DNA of 64,000 nucleotides, taken from positions 81 to 64,080 of the forward strand of contig JAGBSP010000004.1 of NCBI GenBank assembly GCA_017631855.1. Reading direction: 5' to 3'. This document shows positions 17,845 to 27,872 of this stretch, piece after piece; positions within the stretch are counted from its first letter, which is position 1; each line of letters opens with the position of its first letter. The notes under the pieces are model-generated. The model searched no databases. It was given only the letters and a program-made list of their open reading frames with translations, and was not told the DNA's origin. Both the position numbers and the translations under genes were made by a program. The DNA is from Clostridia bacterium (GTDB lineage: Bacteria; Bacillota; Clostridia; Oscillospirales; CAG-272).

Positions 17845-18293
17845 TTTCTTACCTCTCTCTGTTCTTTAAAAAACTCTTGCAAAATTGCCCGACATTCGTC
17901 CTCGCAAATGCCGCCATGCAATTCAAATGCGTGATTGAACGGATAGTGATTGAAGTTTAAAACACTTCCGCAACATCCTGCGGCGGCGTCTTTTGCTCCA
18001 AAGACCACGCGATCGATACGGGAATTGACGATCGCCCCCGCACACATCGGACAAGGCTCAAGCGTCACGTACAAGGTACAGCCATAGAGATGCCAATCTC
18101 CGAGAATTCGGCAAGCTTCTTCAATGGCAAGCAATTCGGCGTGCGCGGTAGCTAATCCGTTGGTTTGTCGCAAATTATGCGCTCCGCAAAGAATTTTTCC
18201 GTCCTTTACGATCACCGCTCCCACAGGGACTTCCCCCTGCTCTGCCGCTTTTTTGGCAAGGAGAAGTGCTTCTTGCATAAATCTTTGATCCAT
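17841..18293 (-). CDS. tadA: tRNA adenosine(34) deaminase TadA
   Basis: 150 aa with the zinc deaminase motifs HAE and PCPMC. Confidence 0.93.
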   Translation of the reverse strand: MDQRFMQEALLLAKKAAEQGEVPVGAVIVKDGKILCGAHNLRQTNGLATAHAELLAIEEACRILGDWHLYGCTLYVTLEPCPMCAGAIVNSRIDRVVFGAKDAAAGCCGSVLNFNHYPFNHAFELHGGICEDECRAILQEFFKEQREVRK

Positions 18294-18331
18294 AAAATTC
18301 TCCTTTCCAAATCGTTTCTAAGATGAATTTA

Positions 18332-18360
18332 TTGTATCATATTTTTCATAGATTGTCAAC
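18332..18360 (-). promoter_or_regulatory. sigma-A-type promoter for tadA
   Basis: Minus strand: TTGACA, 17-nt spacer, TACAAT. Confidence 0.5.
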
Positions 18361-18394
18361 AAAAAGAGAGCAAGGAACTTTTTCCTTGCTCTCT
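18359..18394 (-). terminator. rho-independent terminator after spoIVA
   Basis: agagagcaagg/ccttgctctct hairpin followed by a T-run on the minus strand. Confidence 0.65.
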
Positions 18395-18405
18395 TTTGAT
18401 CGATT

Positions 18406-19884
18406 TTAAAGAATAATACAAATTAAGCCGCCGCTACCCTCATTGATGATTCTCTCGAGGGTTTCGGAGAGCTTCGTACGCGATTCCTCGGGCATATGCT
18501 CGAGCTTGGTGTGAAGTCCCTCGTTGACGAGTTCATAAAGGCTCTTACCAAAGACGTTGGATTCCCAGATCTTTTGCGGCTCTTCCTCAAACTCCCTTAA
18601 CATATAGCGAACGAGCTCTTCGGACTGTTGCTCTGTTCCCACGATCGGATTGATCTCGGTTTCGATATTGGCGCGAATGAGGTGAATGGATTGTGCCGAA
18701 GCGCAAAGACGAACGCCATAACCGCCCGACTGTTTTACGATCTGCGGCTCTTCGAGATGAAGCTCCTCAATGCTCGGCATTACGATGCCGTATCCCTTCT
18801 CTTCTGCCATTGCAAGCGCCTCGGAAACACGCTCGTACTGTCCCTTCATCACGGAAAGCTCTTGCAAAAGCTCAATGAGCGCTCGCTCTCCCGTAATTTC
18901 AAATCCGCTTAGCTCACTAAGCACCGAATAATACAACGCGTCGTCAAAAGCGAGACGGAGCTTTGCCTTTCCCGTACCGAGATCAATTTCTTCGATGCGA
19001 ACACCGCACACGTACTCGTTATTTTCAAGATCGCCAAACGCATTTTTCAAGTCGCCTGTTTTATGAATTTTATCTGCGCAAGCGCAAAGAGAGCTTTGCA
19101 ACGAAGCTTTGATCTTGTGATCGGCATCCAGTGCTTCCATCCAAACGGGCAATTCTACAGAAATTTCCGACACGGGAAATTCGTGAAGTACAAGCTCAAG
19201 AATATGACGGATATCTTCTGCATCAAGATCAATACAGCTCACCAACGCCACGGGAACGTCGTACTTTGCCTCCAGCTCATAGGCAAGCGCGATCGCCGCT
19301 TCCGACGAAGGATTTGCAGAATTCAAGACCATTGCAAAGGGTTTTCCAATGCTTTTTAATTCGTTGACGATTCGCTCCTCGGCAGGAACGTAGCTTTCTC
19401 TTGAAATCTCACCGATCGTTCCGTCGGTCGTAATCAGCATACCGATGGTCGAATGCTCCTGAATGACCTTCTCCGTTCCCATTTCTGCGGCTTCAACAAA
19501 GGGCATCGGCTCTTCCTGCCACGGCGTATGTACCATGCGAGCCTGACCGTTTTCAATCGTACCGAGGGCTTCGGAAACGATATATCCGACGCAATCGATC
19601 ATTTTAACGCGCAAGGACGCACAGTCGTCAATTTTGATCGTTACCGCCTCGTCAGGTACAAACTTCGGCTCGGTAGTCATCACCGTTTTTCCTGCGGCAG
19701 ATTGCGGCATTTCATCGCGTGCACGATCTCTGGAATAGTTGTCGTCGATATTCGGCAACACCAAGGACTCCATAAAACGCTTGATAAAGGTCGACTTTCC
19801 CGTACGAACGGGACCAACGACGCCAATATAGATATCACCGCCCGTTCTTTCGGCAATATCTCGGTAAATCGAATGCTCAGCCAT
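18406..19884 (-). CDS. spoIVA: stage IV sporulation protein A (spore coat morphogenetic ATPase)
   Basis: 492 aa. The N-terminus IYIGVVGPVRTGKSTFIKRFME carries Walker A. SpoIVA-typical over its full length. Confidence 0.96.
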   Translation of the reverse strand: MAEHSIYRDIAERTGGDIYIGVVGPVRTGKSTFIKRFMESLVLPNIDDNYSRDRARDEMPQSAAGKTVMTTEPKFVPDEAVTIKIDDCASLRVKMIDCVGYIVSEALGTIENGQARMVHTPWQEEPMPFVEAAEMGTEKVIQEHSTIGMLITTDGTIGEISRESYVPAEERIVNELKSIGKPFAMVLNSANPSSEAAIALAYELEAKYDVPVALVSCIDLDAEDIRHILELVLHEFPVSEISVELPVWMEALDADHKIKASLQSSLCACADKIHKTGDLKNAFGDLENNEYVCGVRIEEIDLGTGKAKLRLAFDDALYYSVLSELSGFEITGERALIELLQELSVMKGQYERVSEALAMAEEKGYGIVMPSIEELHLEEPQIVKQSGGYGVRLCASAQSIHLIRANIETEINPIVGTEQQSEELVRYMLREFEEEPQKIWESNVFGKSLYELVNEGLHTKLEHMPEESRTKLSETLERIINEGSGGLICIIL

Positions 19885-19888
19885 AATA

Positions 19889-19934
19889 AAAATCCTCCCG
19901 ATATATTTTTCAATAAAATATATGGGAGGATTCG
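19889..19934 (-). promoter_or_regulatory. long hairpin pairing with the spoIVA Shine-Dalgarno sequence
   Basis: Minus-strand RNA: GAAUCCUCCCAUAUAUUUU-AUUG-AAAAAUAUAUCGGGAGGAUUU, then UUAU AUG. About 18 bp with two single-nt bulges. The 3' arm contains the GGGAGGA SD. Confidence 0.5.
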
Positions 19935-19981
19935 CTTAGGTAGAACGTGCTTGTATTTATTTTTCAAAGACAAGCCGTAAT

Positions 19982-20482
19982 TTATAGCGTTGTTGGGAAA
20001 ACTTTTTGAATTTCGCAAATCGCGCCCTTCGGCAAGCATGCAGAAAGGTCTTCTCGAGCCAAAATTTTCGTTCTGACGAGCGTTGAGCTAAGATGCAGAT
20101 ATTCTTCCTTCGCAGGCAGCAGGACGGTTTCTGCGGCAGAATAATGCGCAGAGTTATATTTCGCCATCGTTTGTTCGTACGCAAGGTCAACGTCGTTGCG
20201 AACTCCCTTTACGATTGCGACAGCGCCAAGCTCTTTTGCGAGCTTCCAAAGCATCCCCTCGGAAGAAATTACTTTTACGTTCGGACAGTTCCCTACCGCC
20301 GCTTCGGCAATTCGTTTCCTTTGCTCCATCGAAAACATATAGCTTTTTTCGGAATTTACCATGACGGCAACGTAAACGAGATCATAAAGCGCCGCGGCAC
20401 GTTCGATAATATCCAAATGTCCCAATGTGATCGGGTCAAAGCTTCCGGGAACAATCGCGATCTTCTGATCCATGATATCCAT
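19982..20482 (-). CDS. coaD: pantetheine-phosphate adenylyltransferase
   Basis: 166 aa with the GSFDPITLGH motif. The start overlaps the rsmD stop (TAATG). ATG 20473 is an alternative start. Confidence 0.93.
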   Translation of the reverse strand: MDIMDQKIAIVPGSFDPITLGHLDIIERAAALYDLVYVAVMVNSEKSYMFSMEQRKRIAEAAVGNCPNVKVISSEGMLWKLAKELGAVAIVKGVRNDVDLAYEQTMAKYNSAHYSAAETVLLPAKEEYLHLSSTLVRTKILAREDLSACLPKGAICEIQKVFPTTL

Positions 20483-21048
20483 TATGCTTCCCCCTTGATA
20501 GCAAGAACGGTAATCACCGTCTTACTGTATCGGGATGTTTTTTGAATTTCAAAAGAGTCTGCAAGTGCTTGATCTCCCGCAAAAATCTCATCCGTATCAC
20601 TTTCACAAACGATCAACGAGCTCGGCTTTAAATTCTGACACTCCACCATCAAGCGAAGAATCGGAGCGTAGAGACCTGCCGCATATGGGGGGTCTAAAAA
20701 GATAATATCAAATTTTGCTCCTCGGTTGCGGCGAAGATAATCCATCGCATCCGAAAGCTTAATCGTACATTCAAGCGCGAGCTTGGTTTTGATGGCGTTC
20801 TCTTCGATAATCTTTACTGCCGCCTTAGAGCTATCCACTAGAACGGCGTGCGCCGCGCCACGGCTGATTGCCTCCAAACCAAGCTGTCCGGATCCCGCAA
20901 AAAGATCCAATACCGATCTTCCTTCCAAATCAAACTGCAACATCGAAAATACGGCTTCCTTGACTCGCTCCGCCGTAGGTCTTGTGGCATCCCCCTCTAA
21001 GGTCTTTAAGCGAATTCCCTTCGCTTTTCCCGTAATAATCCGCATCAT
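20482..21048 (-). CDS. rsmD: 16S rRNA (guanine966-N2)-methyltransferase RsmD
   Basis: 188 aa with the RsmD motifs DLFAGSGQLGLEA and DPPY. Confidence 0.9.
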   Translation of the reverse strand: MMRIITGKAKGIRLKTLEGDATRPTAERVKEAVFSMLQFDLEGRSVLDLFAGSGQLGLEAISRGAAHAVLVDSSKAAVKIIEENAIKTKLALECTIKLSDAMDYLRRNRGAKFDIIFLDPPYAAGLYAPILRLMVECQNLKPSSLIVCESDTDEIFAGDQALADSFEIQKTSRYSKTVITVLAIKGEA

Positions 21049-21051
21049 ATT

Positions 21052-22914
21052 TTATTCCTCACTGAGTTCTTCCCCATGCTCGGGATGAAAATAGTTATAA
21101 ATCCGTTGTGCGTCCGCCGACGTAATACCGCCAATTGCCGCAAGCTCCTCTGCCGATGCTTTTTTGATCGCCGCAAGCGTTCCCATTGCTCCCATCAGCT
21201 TCTTTGCCTTCACCGCTCCAATGCCTTCGATTTTTTCAAGAGAGGAGTGCTTCATCGTCTTTCGCTTGGCGTTTGTCGTCTGCGCAACGGTAAAGCGGTG
21301 CACCTCTTCCTGAATTTTGTAGATCAACATAAAAATGGCTTTTTCACGGGCAATATTGATCTCTTGCTCTTCGGTGCAAAGCGCACGCGTCTTGTGATAG
21401 TCGTCCTTCACCATACCAAACACGGGAATATCCAAGCCTTCTCTTTGCAGGACCTCGCGTACAACACCGACGTGTCCGCGACCGCCGTCGATCAAAAGCA
21501 GGTCGGGAAACTCGGAAAATGATCCGCTTTGATCTTCTTTTAAGTGCTTTAGGCGACGTGTGATTGCTTCGCGCATCGAAGCGTAGTCATCGGCGCGGGA
21601 AACCGATTGGATACCGAAAAGACGGTAATCGCTTTTTTTCGGCTTGCCGTTTTGAAAAACGACCATTCCCGCCGTAATGTTTTCGTTTCCTATGTTGGAA
21701 ATATCATATGCTTCAATTCGTTCGGGAATCGTTTCCAATGCCAAAAGCTCTGCCAAGGAGAATAGAACGGCATCATCCTTTTGAACCTCCAAGCGACTTT
21801 GGCGCACCTTTTCCTCTGCGTTCTCCAAAACCGTTTTGCAAAGCGCAAAATAGGTTCCCCGTTCCGGACGTTTGATGCTGACCTTGCGAGCTGCACGCTC
21901 TGTTAAAAATTCCTCCAACAAGCATTGATCGTCTTCTTCTAATTCAAAAGACAGCATGATTTGCTTTGGAATAGAATCTTTTCTCAGATAATGCTCGGTC
22001 AAGAATGCGCTCAATGCCGTACTGTCGGTCAGAACGTCGTTTTCCAAGAGAAAATCCGCTTTATCGGTCACAGCACCGTCGCGAACGTACATCACCGAAA
22101 CACATGCGAATACGTCATCGGAATATAGCGCAAACACGTCCATATTGGTATCGGGAGACGCGACCACGTGTTGCTTTTGATTTAAATTACGAAGTGCTGT
22201 GATCGTATCTCGGCACTTTGCCGCCGATTCAAAGCGCTCTTCTTCGGCAAAGGTGTGCATTTGCTCTTCCAACCGCTCAATCGCGCCCGCGGTATGACCG
22301 CGAAGGATATCGGTTGCACAACGAATTAACGCACCGTATTCTTCTTCGGAAACCCGTCCTGTGCAAACCCCGCAGCACTGCTTCATCTGATAATAAATGC
22401 AAGGACGTTCCTTGCCAATTTCTTTGGGAAAGCTTCGTTTACAGTTTGGGATCCCCAAAGATTTATGAAGAATATCCAATACGGAAAACACGGTAGAGGT
22501 TCCCGAAAATGGTCCAAAATATTTTGCGTTATCCGAAAGCCTTGTGCGAGTATAAATGATTTTCGGATACTCTCCCGCGGTAATTTTAATATAGGGATAG
22601 GATTTTGCGTCTTTGAGCCGAATATTATACTTTGGCAAATGTTGTTTGATCAAAGTATTTTCTAACGTCAATGCTTCCATTTCTGTTCGGCAAAGAATAT
22701 AGTCAAAGTCCTCTATCTGACGAACCATTCGTTCTGTTTTGACGTTCTTTTGGTTGTTTTGAAAATACTGAGAAACACGGTTTTTCAGCTTGCGAGATTT
22801 TCCTACGTAAATAATCTTCCCATTTTTATCTCGCATCAAATAAACACCGGGTGATAGCGGTAACGTATTTGCTTTTTCAAGCAATTCGTCAAAACGGCTT
22901 CTGACGTTCGACAT
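21052..22914 (-). CDS. uvrC: excinuclease ABC subunit C
   Basis: 620 aa with a GIY-YIG N-terminus (GVYLMRD...IIYVGKS), a UVR domain, and a C-terminal RNase H-like plus HhH region. Confidence 0.96.
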   Translation of the reverse strand: MSNVRSRFDELLEKANTLPLSPGVYLMRDKNGKIIYVGKSRKLKNRVSQYFQNNQKNVKTERMVRQIEDFDYILCRTEMEALTLENTLIKQHLPKYNIRLKDAKSYPYIKITAGEYPKIIYTRTRLSDNAKYFGPFSGTSTVFSVLDILHKSLGIPNCKRSFPKEIGKERPCIYYQMKQCCGVCTGRVSEEEYGALIRCATDILRGHTAGAIERLEEQMHTFAEEERFESAAKCRDTITALRNLNQKQHVVASPDTNMDVFALYSDDVFACVSVMYVRDGAVTDKADFLLENDVLTDSTALSAFLTEHYLRKDSIPKQIMLSFELEEDDQCLLEEFLTERAARKVSIKRPERGTYFALCKTVLENAEEKVRQSRLEVQKDDAVLFSLAELLALETIPERIEAYDISNIGNENITAGMVVFQNGKPKKSDYRLFGIQSVSRADDYASMREAITRRLKHLKEDQSGSFSEFPDLLLIDGGRGHVGVVREVLQREGLDIPVFGMVKDDYHKTRALCTEEQEINIAREKAIFMLIYKIQEEVHRFTVAQTTNAKRKTMKHSSLEKIEGIGAVKAKKLMGAMGTLAAIKKASAEELAAIGGITSADAQRIYNYFHPEHGEELSEE

Positions 22915-22929
22915 TCGTGCTCCTCCTTT

Positions 22930-22965
22930 CCAAAAAACAACAAACGGGCTGCCAAAAACAGCCCG
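22930..22965 (-). terminator. rho-independent terminator after ptsH
   Basis: aacgggctg/cagcccgtt hairpin followed by a T-rich run on the minus strand, just upstream of the uvrC RBS. Confidence 0.6.
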
Positions 22966-22973
22966 TTGATTTT

Positions 22974-23237
22974 TTATTCAATGAATCCGGTCTGGATCAA
23001 ATCGATCAATCCGTTAATCGCGCCGTCTTCGTCTTTTCCGTCTGCAATCAAGGTTACTGTCATTCCCTTTGCGATACCCATAGAGAGGACGCCAAGCAGA
23101 CTTTTTGCATTCACCTTACGATCATCCTTTTCAATCCAAATCGAGCTCTGGAAGCTATTCGCCTTTTGAATAAAAAAAGTAGCAGGTCTGGCATGCAAAC
23201 CAATATTATTCGTAATTATAACGTCTCTTTTTACCAT
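22974..23237 (-). CDS. ptsH: HPr family phosphocarrier protein
   Basis: Start moved to MVKRDVIITNNIGLHARPA, which has an AGGAG RBS. The active-site His (GLHARPA) and the regulatory Ser region (KSLLGVLSMG) are present. Confidence 0.9.
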   Translation of the reverse strand: MVKRDVIITNNIGLHARPATFFIQKANSFQSSIWIEKDDRKVNAKSLLGVLSMGIAKGMTVTLIADGKDEDGAINGLIDLIQTGFIE

Positions 23238-23313
23238 AAATATCGCTCCTGTTCTTCGATCGACAGTCCATGGATTCGACAGAACGATCCATGAGGTCAT
23301 TTCTATATATAAT

Positions 23314-23342
23314 AGTATATCAAAAAACTTGCTTAAAATCAA
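23314..23342 (-). promoter_or_regulatory. sigma-A-type promoter for ptsH
   Basis: Minus strand: TTGATT, 17-nt spacer, extended -10 TGATATACT. Confidence 0.45.
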
Positions 23343-23454
23343 GAGATAAATATTAGTAAAAATGAACAAATTTTTCATCAATAAAACCAATTTTACTCTT
23401 CATTTTATACACATTTATTCCTATCAAGAAGAATTTGGAGAAAAAGACACGCTT

Positions 23455-24009
23455 TTATTCGGAAAGAATGATCTCTTTGATCGTCATCGTCAAACTCACA
23501 GTTTCCGTATGCACCTCCACAGTCTGTCCAGGTGCCAAATAACGAGTTCCGTTCACCAAAAAACCGCTCTCCTCGGAATAGGATCCTTCGCATAAGATTT
23601 TTCCTTCCACATCTACGCGGGCATCCATCGATTCACTGTTAGGATAGAAAACCTGGACGGTGTTTCCGTTTTGATCCACAAAATATTCGGAAGCAGGGGT
23701 CGGACGCAAGGCATTGAAAGATTCTGCAGAATATCCCATCAACTCTCCCAATTTCTCTCCGTCTTCTGCATAATAAACGACGTCATCAATATCCAGATAG
23801 TTCGTCGTAGATCTTCGGATATTCTGAACCGAAAAGGATACGACATATTCCTTCATATCTTTTTGATTTTTCAAGGTTTCAAATACATTATAACGAAAGT
23901 AAATACCAACGACCGAGGTAATTATCAAAAGAATAATTACGGCGTCTAACACCTTAAATCTCGGGCCTTGTTGGCTCCGTTCTTGCTTTTTTATTCTTTT
24001 TTCTTTCAT
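23455..24009 (-). CDS. N-terminally membrane-anchored envelope protein (DUF4330-like), copy 2
   Basis: 184 aa: basic N-terminus, one TM segment, then a beta-rich domain. It is a paralogue of the adjacent gene. The family name is recalled from memory. Confidence 0.7.
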   Translation of the reverse strand: MKEKRIKKQERSQQGPRFKVLDAVIILLIITSVVGIYFRYNVFETLKNQKDMKEYVVSFSVQNIRRSTTNYLDIDDVVYYAEDGEKLGELMGYSAESFNALRPTPASEYFVDQNGNTVQVFYPNSESMDARVDVEGKILCEGSYSEESGFLVNGTRYLAPGQTVEVHTETVSLTMTIKEIILSE

Positions 24010-24025
24010 AACCGATTACCTCTTT

Positions 24026-24571
24026 TCAGTCAACATCGGTTTCTAAACCGATACAGTATCCTTCAGAAACATAATCCGGGAAACGAAGCGATAGCTTTTC
24101 TCCCACAGCAATTCTCGTTGCATTGACCGAATATCCGCTCTCTTTCAAATAATCTGCTGTCGCGGAAATTGTTACGAGCAAATTGTACTTATTGGGATAT
24201 TCCGAAAGAATACCTTCCCCTTCCATACCGTTTTCCACATATTGAAGCTCAGAGTATTTCGTATTATAGTCTACGGCAACCACCGTTCCCATATTATTTT
24301 TTGATACCGAATTGATTACCAGGTCGTCTTCCTTAATTCTATCGATAAATTCCTGATCCACACCTAAAAACTCTACCGTATATTGAATTTCTTTCGTTTG
24401 ATTGGATGCTAGATTTTTAATCAGAGAAATCGGCGAAAATACCTGAACGAGAATCGCGACAACCAACAAAATGAGTACAACTAAAATCAAATCGATCAAA
24501 TTAAAACGACCGACTCTTTTTTTCTTCTTGGCTTTTCCAAAAGAGGAAGTTCCATTGATTGAATTGTTCAT
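24026..24571 (-). CDS. N-terminally membrane-anchored envelope protein (DUF4330-like), copy 1
   Basis: 181 aa with the same architecture (RFNLIDLILVVLILLVV...). Confidence 0.7.
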   Translation of the reverse strand: MNNSINGTSSFGKAKKKKRVGRFNLIDLILVVLILLVVAILVQVFSPISLIKNLASNQTKEIQYTVEFLGVDQEFIDRIKEDDLVINSVSKNNMGTVVAVDYNTKYSELQYVENGMEGEGILSEYPNKYNLLVTISATADYLKESGYSVNATRIAVGEKLSLRFPDYVSEGYCIGLETDVD

Positions 24572-24599
24572 TGTTCAAAATCCTTTCTGTAACTTTGGA

Positions 24600-26600
24600 T
24601 CAAAAATCAAGATCCATTGCTGCACTGTTTTCTTCATTGACAACAAGATAATTCTTTCTACTTTCCTCTGCACGCCCTACTCGAATACACGCACAAGCGA
24701 GCCCGAGAAGTGCCCAAAAGAGAAAGAAAATTCTGTAGTTATACCAAATAAAATCGAAAAGTCCCATCACTAGTGCGCCAACGATGGAGCACATACAAGC
24801 AATCACAAAAATTTTTGCCCGAACGTTTTGACTCTGCTTTAAATATTCAAAATTCATTTGTGCCGCAAGGAAAAGAATACAGAAGAAGCTCAAAAGACCG
24901 CCGATACCAAGTCCAATAAAAATTTGCAAGAACAAACTATGACTGTGCTCTGCTGCTTCAATTCCGGCATACGCAAATTGAGGATATACGTTTTGATATG
25001 CGGACGTTCCGTAACCAATTCCGCTCATAAAATATTCCTTGATCAAATTCCAAGAGCCTTTCCACGTATAATAGCGGTATGCCGTAGAAGAATCCGCAAG
25101 ATTGCCGATGCTCAAAAATCGTTTTGTAATCGAGTTTGGCAAAAGCATCGACCAAAACGGAATGGTCAACGCGAAAAGGAAAATCGACCGCAGCGTTTTT
25201 TTAGAGTAAATCAACCCAAAGACCAACAGGCAAGTGATGGTTGCAAGCCATGCCCCTCTTGACCAAGTCAAAACAATACATACAAGAACCGCGAACAACG
25301 AAATAAAGTATAATACCTTTTCTCTTCCGCGTTGCGCATATAAAAACATCAACAATACAAACGGAAGAATCAACACCAAATAAGACGCAAGTACGTTGGG
25401 ATTATCAAAGAAAGACACCGCCCGACGCGAAATATCGGAAAAATATTCACGATCGACCCAAGCATTCACTAACACCGAGGCAAAGAAATATTGAATAATC
25501 CCCCAAATCGCAACGACAGTACCAGAAGAAACAAGAGCCAAGACACAGCGTTTTAACCACAGCTCGGTTCTTATTAAGTTGACTGTTAAGAAATACCCCA
25601 ACATTAGACAGCAGGAGAGCAATACCTCGTTAAGACCTTTTTTTCCGCCCGCTGTAATCGTACCGGAAAAGAAGAGCAATAGGAAGAACAGCAACACAGA
25701 AAGATCGATCAATTCAATGCGCAAAATTCTCTTGCCTCGAATCAGCTTGATAAAGTACGAAATCGCTGTCAGCAATACTACAATGCCTAAAATGGTAGCG
25801 GGAATCTCAAAGAAGGATAAGAAAGGTAAGAAAAATAGGGAAAACAACACTCCGATTTCAGGCGTGTTCAAAATGATGACAACCGAAAAAATCAAAAGAA
25901 GAGCTAGCAAAATGAGCAAGGGATGAACAAAGAGTGTAATCATTCCAAGAATCATTCCAAGGAAAACAAGGATATTGTTTTTTGCTCTGCTTCCCTTTTG
26001 CGGAATTTCAAAGCATTCCTTGCGGTATCCTAAGAATTCAGAGCAAAGCATGTTGGTAATTACACCTGAATCCAATGCTTGTGCCAAGCTATCTTTAGAA
26101 AGAAATGTGGGGAGTGCTATAATACATACCGAAAATCCCGTAATAAAATACCCGATGTCGGATTGAGGCAAGCTTGGAACGACCAAACGGATCAAATAAA
26201 CCAATACGGTATAAACGCCGAAGAAAAAGAGTGATTTTCCGTAAGCTCGTAATGAAACACCAAGCCACGAGCGTGCCATGTTTTTCGTTTTATTCAAAAA
26301 CCAGCTGGTTTCAAAGGCTTTGGAAATATATTGACGAAATTTCCAAAAAAACGCCTTAAACTTTGCACTGATGAAATGATTTCTGAGAAATCCATTCTCA
26401 AAAGCATCCTGTTCTTTGGAATATGCCGTGAAAATTTTGGCAAAGAAACCACTATAAAGAGCGTGATAGATTGCGTTAGAGAATTTATCCAACAAAAACA
26501 AAATCAATCCAAGCGATGCTGTGGATTTTTCGGACTTTCGTTCCGCAGAATCAATTCCCGCATCCGCTGTATGAATTTTATTTTTCTTCAATCCAATCAC
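24600..26600 (-). CDS. O-antigen ligase (Wzy_C) family membrane protein
   Basis: 666 aa, polytopic, with the characteristic LTWSRGAWL loop motif. The start overlaps the trmD stop by 4 nt. Confidence 0.8.
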   Translation of the reverse strand: MIGLKKNKIHTADAGIDSAERKSEKSTASLGLILFLLDKFSNAIYHALYSGFFAKIFTAYSKEQDAFENGFLRNHFISAKFKAFFWKFRQYISKAFETSWFLNKTKNMARSWLGVSLRAYGKSLFFFGVYTVLVYLIRLVVPSLPQSDIGYFITGFSVCIIALPTFLSKDSLAQALDSGVITNMLCSEFLGYRKECFEIPQKGSRAKNNILVFLGMILGMITLFVHPLLILLALLLIFSVVIILNTPEIGVLFSLFFLPFLSFFEIPATILGIVVLLTAISYFIKLIRGKRILRIELIDLSVLLFFLLLFFSGTITAGGKKGLNEVLLSCCLMLGYFLTVNLIRTELWLKRCVLALVSSGTVVAIWGIIQYFFASVLVNAWVDREYFSDISRRAVSFFDNPNVLASYLVLILPFVLLMFLYAQRGREKVLYFISLFAVLVCIVLTWSRGAWLATITCLLVFGLIYSKKTLRSIFLFALTIPFWSMLLPNSITKRFLSIGNLADSSTAYRYYTWKGSWNLIKEYFMSGIGYGTSAYQNVYPQFAYAGIEAAEHSHSLFLQIFIGLGIGGLLSFFCILFLAAQMNFEYLKQSQNVRAKIFVIACMCSIVGALVMGLFDFIWYNYRIFFLFWALLGLACACIRVGRAEESRKNYLVVNEENSAAMDLDF

Positions 26601-27298
26601 TCCTTTCCGTATTTTGCTATAATATCAGGTCGATTTTTCAGTGTTAGAGCCAATGCTTGCTCTTTGCGCCAACGGTCAATATTTTCGTGATGTCCCGATA
26701 TCAATACATCGGGAACCTTTACTCCGTGAAATTCATAGGGGCGTGTATACTGTGGATATTCCACAAGTCCGCTGGAAATGCTTTCCTGCTCGTAACATTC
26801 AGGATCGGAAAGTACACCATCGCAAAGACGAGCCACACTGTCCACCAAAATGCACGCAGGAATTTCTCCACCCGTCAATACATAATCTCCAATCGAGATT
26901 TCTTCGTCTACGATTTCGTCAATAATACGGCGGTCCACCCCTTCATAATGACCGCACAAAATCACGAGCTGATCATAGGTTGCAAGCTCTTCTGCCTTCT
27001 TTTGCGTTAAGAGCGAACCCGATGGGGACATAAATATCACTTTTTTTCTCAGGTTTTGATCCGAGCGTTTTTCACAAATCGTATCATAACAGCGAGAAAT
27101 GGGAGGCGCCATCATCAGCATTCCTTTTCCGCCGCCATACGGTGTATCATCGACACGACGGTGCTTATCCTCGGAATAGTCGCGGATTTGGTAGGTTGAC
27201 ACCTCGATCGCACCGCTTTTTTGCGCACGTCCGAGAATACTCTCTCCCAATACGTATTCTACAAGATCGGGAAACAGTGTCATAATATCAAAAATCAT
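26597..27298 (-). CDS. trmD: tRNA (guanine37-N1)-methyltransferase TrmD
   Basis: 233 aa, TrmD-typical (DDTPYGGGKGM, LLCGHYEGVDRR). Confidence 0.95.
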   Translation of the reverse strand: MIFDIMTLFPDLVEYVLGESILGRAQKSGAIEVSTYQIRDYSEDKHRRVDDTPYGGGKGMLMMAPPISRCYDTICEKRSDQNLRKKVIFMSPSGSLLTQKKAEELATYDQLVILCGHYEGVDRRIIDEIVDEEISIGDYVLTGGEIPACILVDSVARLCDGVLSDPECYEQESISSGLVEYPQYTRPYEFHGVKVPDVLISGHHENIDRWRKEQALALTLKNRPDIIAKYGKE

Positions 27299-27309
27299 AG
27301 TTACCTCTT

Positions 27310-27819
27310 TTAATCCAGCATTCCCGCAATCGGACGAACAAAAATGCCATGCTCGATCTCAATACGATCGATAAACTCCGGAACTGCAGGAATCATTCTC
27401 TCCCCGTCCTCGGTTTTTACCACGTAAATATCCGAAGCTCCACGGTTGATGGTCTCGGAGACTTTACCGTAAACCTTGCCCGTATCCGCATCGATCACCG
27501 AAAGTCCAATCAAATCCGCAACGAAATATTCGCCTTTTTCCAAGTGAAAGTCCTCACGTTTTGCATAAAGGAGTTTCCCCTTCATCGCAAGAGCAAGATC
27601 CATATCTGTTACCGAGTCAAAGGTAACAATTACAAACTGCTTAAACACCGATGCTTTCGTTACCTTGTATTCAGTGTAAGTCGCTCCGTTTTTAAGATAT
27701 AACCGACGAAGCGCTGCCAGCTCCTTGGGAGTATTACACCATGATTCCAATTTTAAAGCACCAAAGCAGCCGTGGGTATTAACGATCTTACCGCATTCAA
27801 TATAAGGATTTGATATCAT
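27310..27819 (-). CDS. rimM: ribosome maturation factor RimM
   Basis: Start moved to MISNPYIECGKIVNTHG, which has a GGAG RBS. It has a PRC-barrel C-terminus and sits upstream of trmD. Confidence 0.9.
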   Translation of the reverse strand: MISNPYIECGKIVNTHGCFGALKLESWCNTPKELAALRRLYLKNGATYTEYKVTKASVFKQFVIVTFDSVTDMDLALAMKGKLLYAKREDFHLEKGEYFVADLIGLSVIDADTGKVYGKVSETINRGASDIYVVKTEDGERMIPAVPEFIDRIEIEHGIFVRPIAGMLD

Positions 27820-27872
27820 AAATAATCTCCAAGTAATTTGATTACAAATTGCCATAATACATAATTATATAT

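Noticed and set aside
23238-23313. A hairpin-like element (CATGGAT...ATCCATG) in the ptsH leader, examined as a possible PTS antiterminator (RAT-like) target.
   Set aside because: It is a 7-bp stem with no overlapping terminator and no adjacent antiterminator protein gene. The evidence is insufficient.
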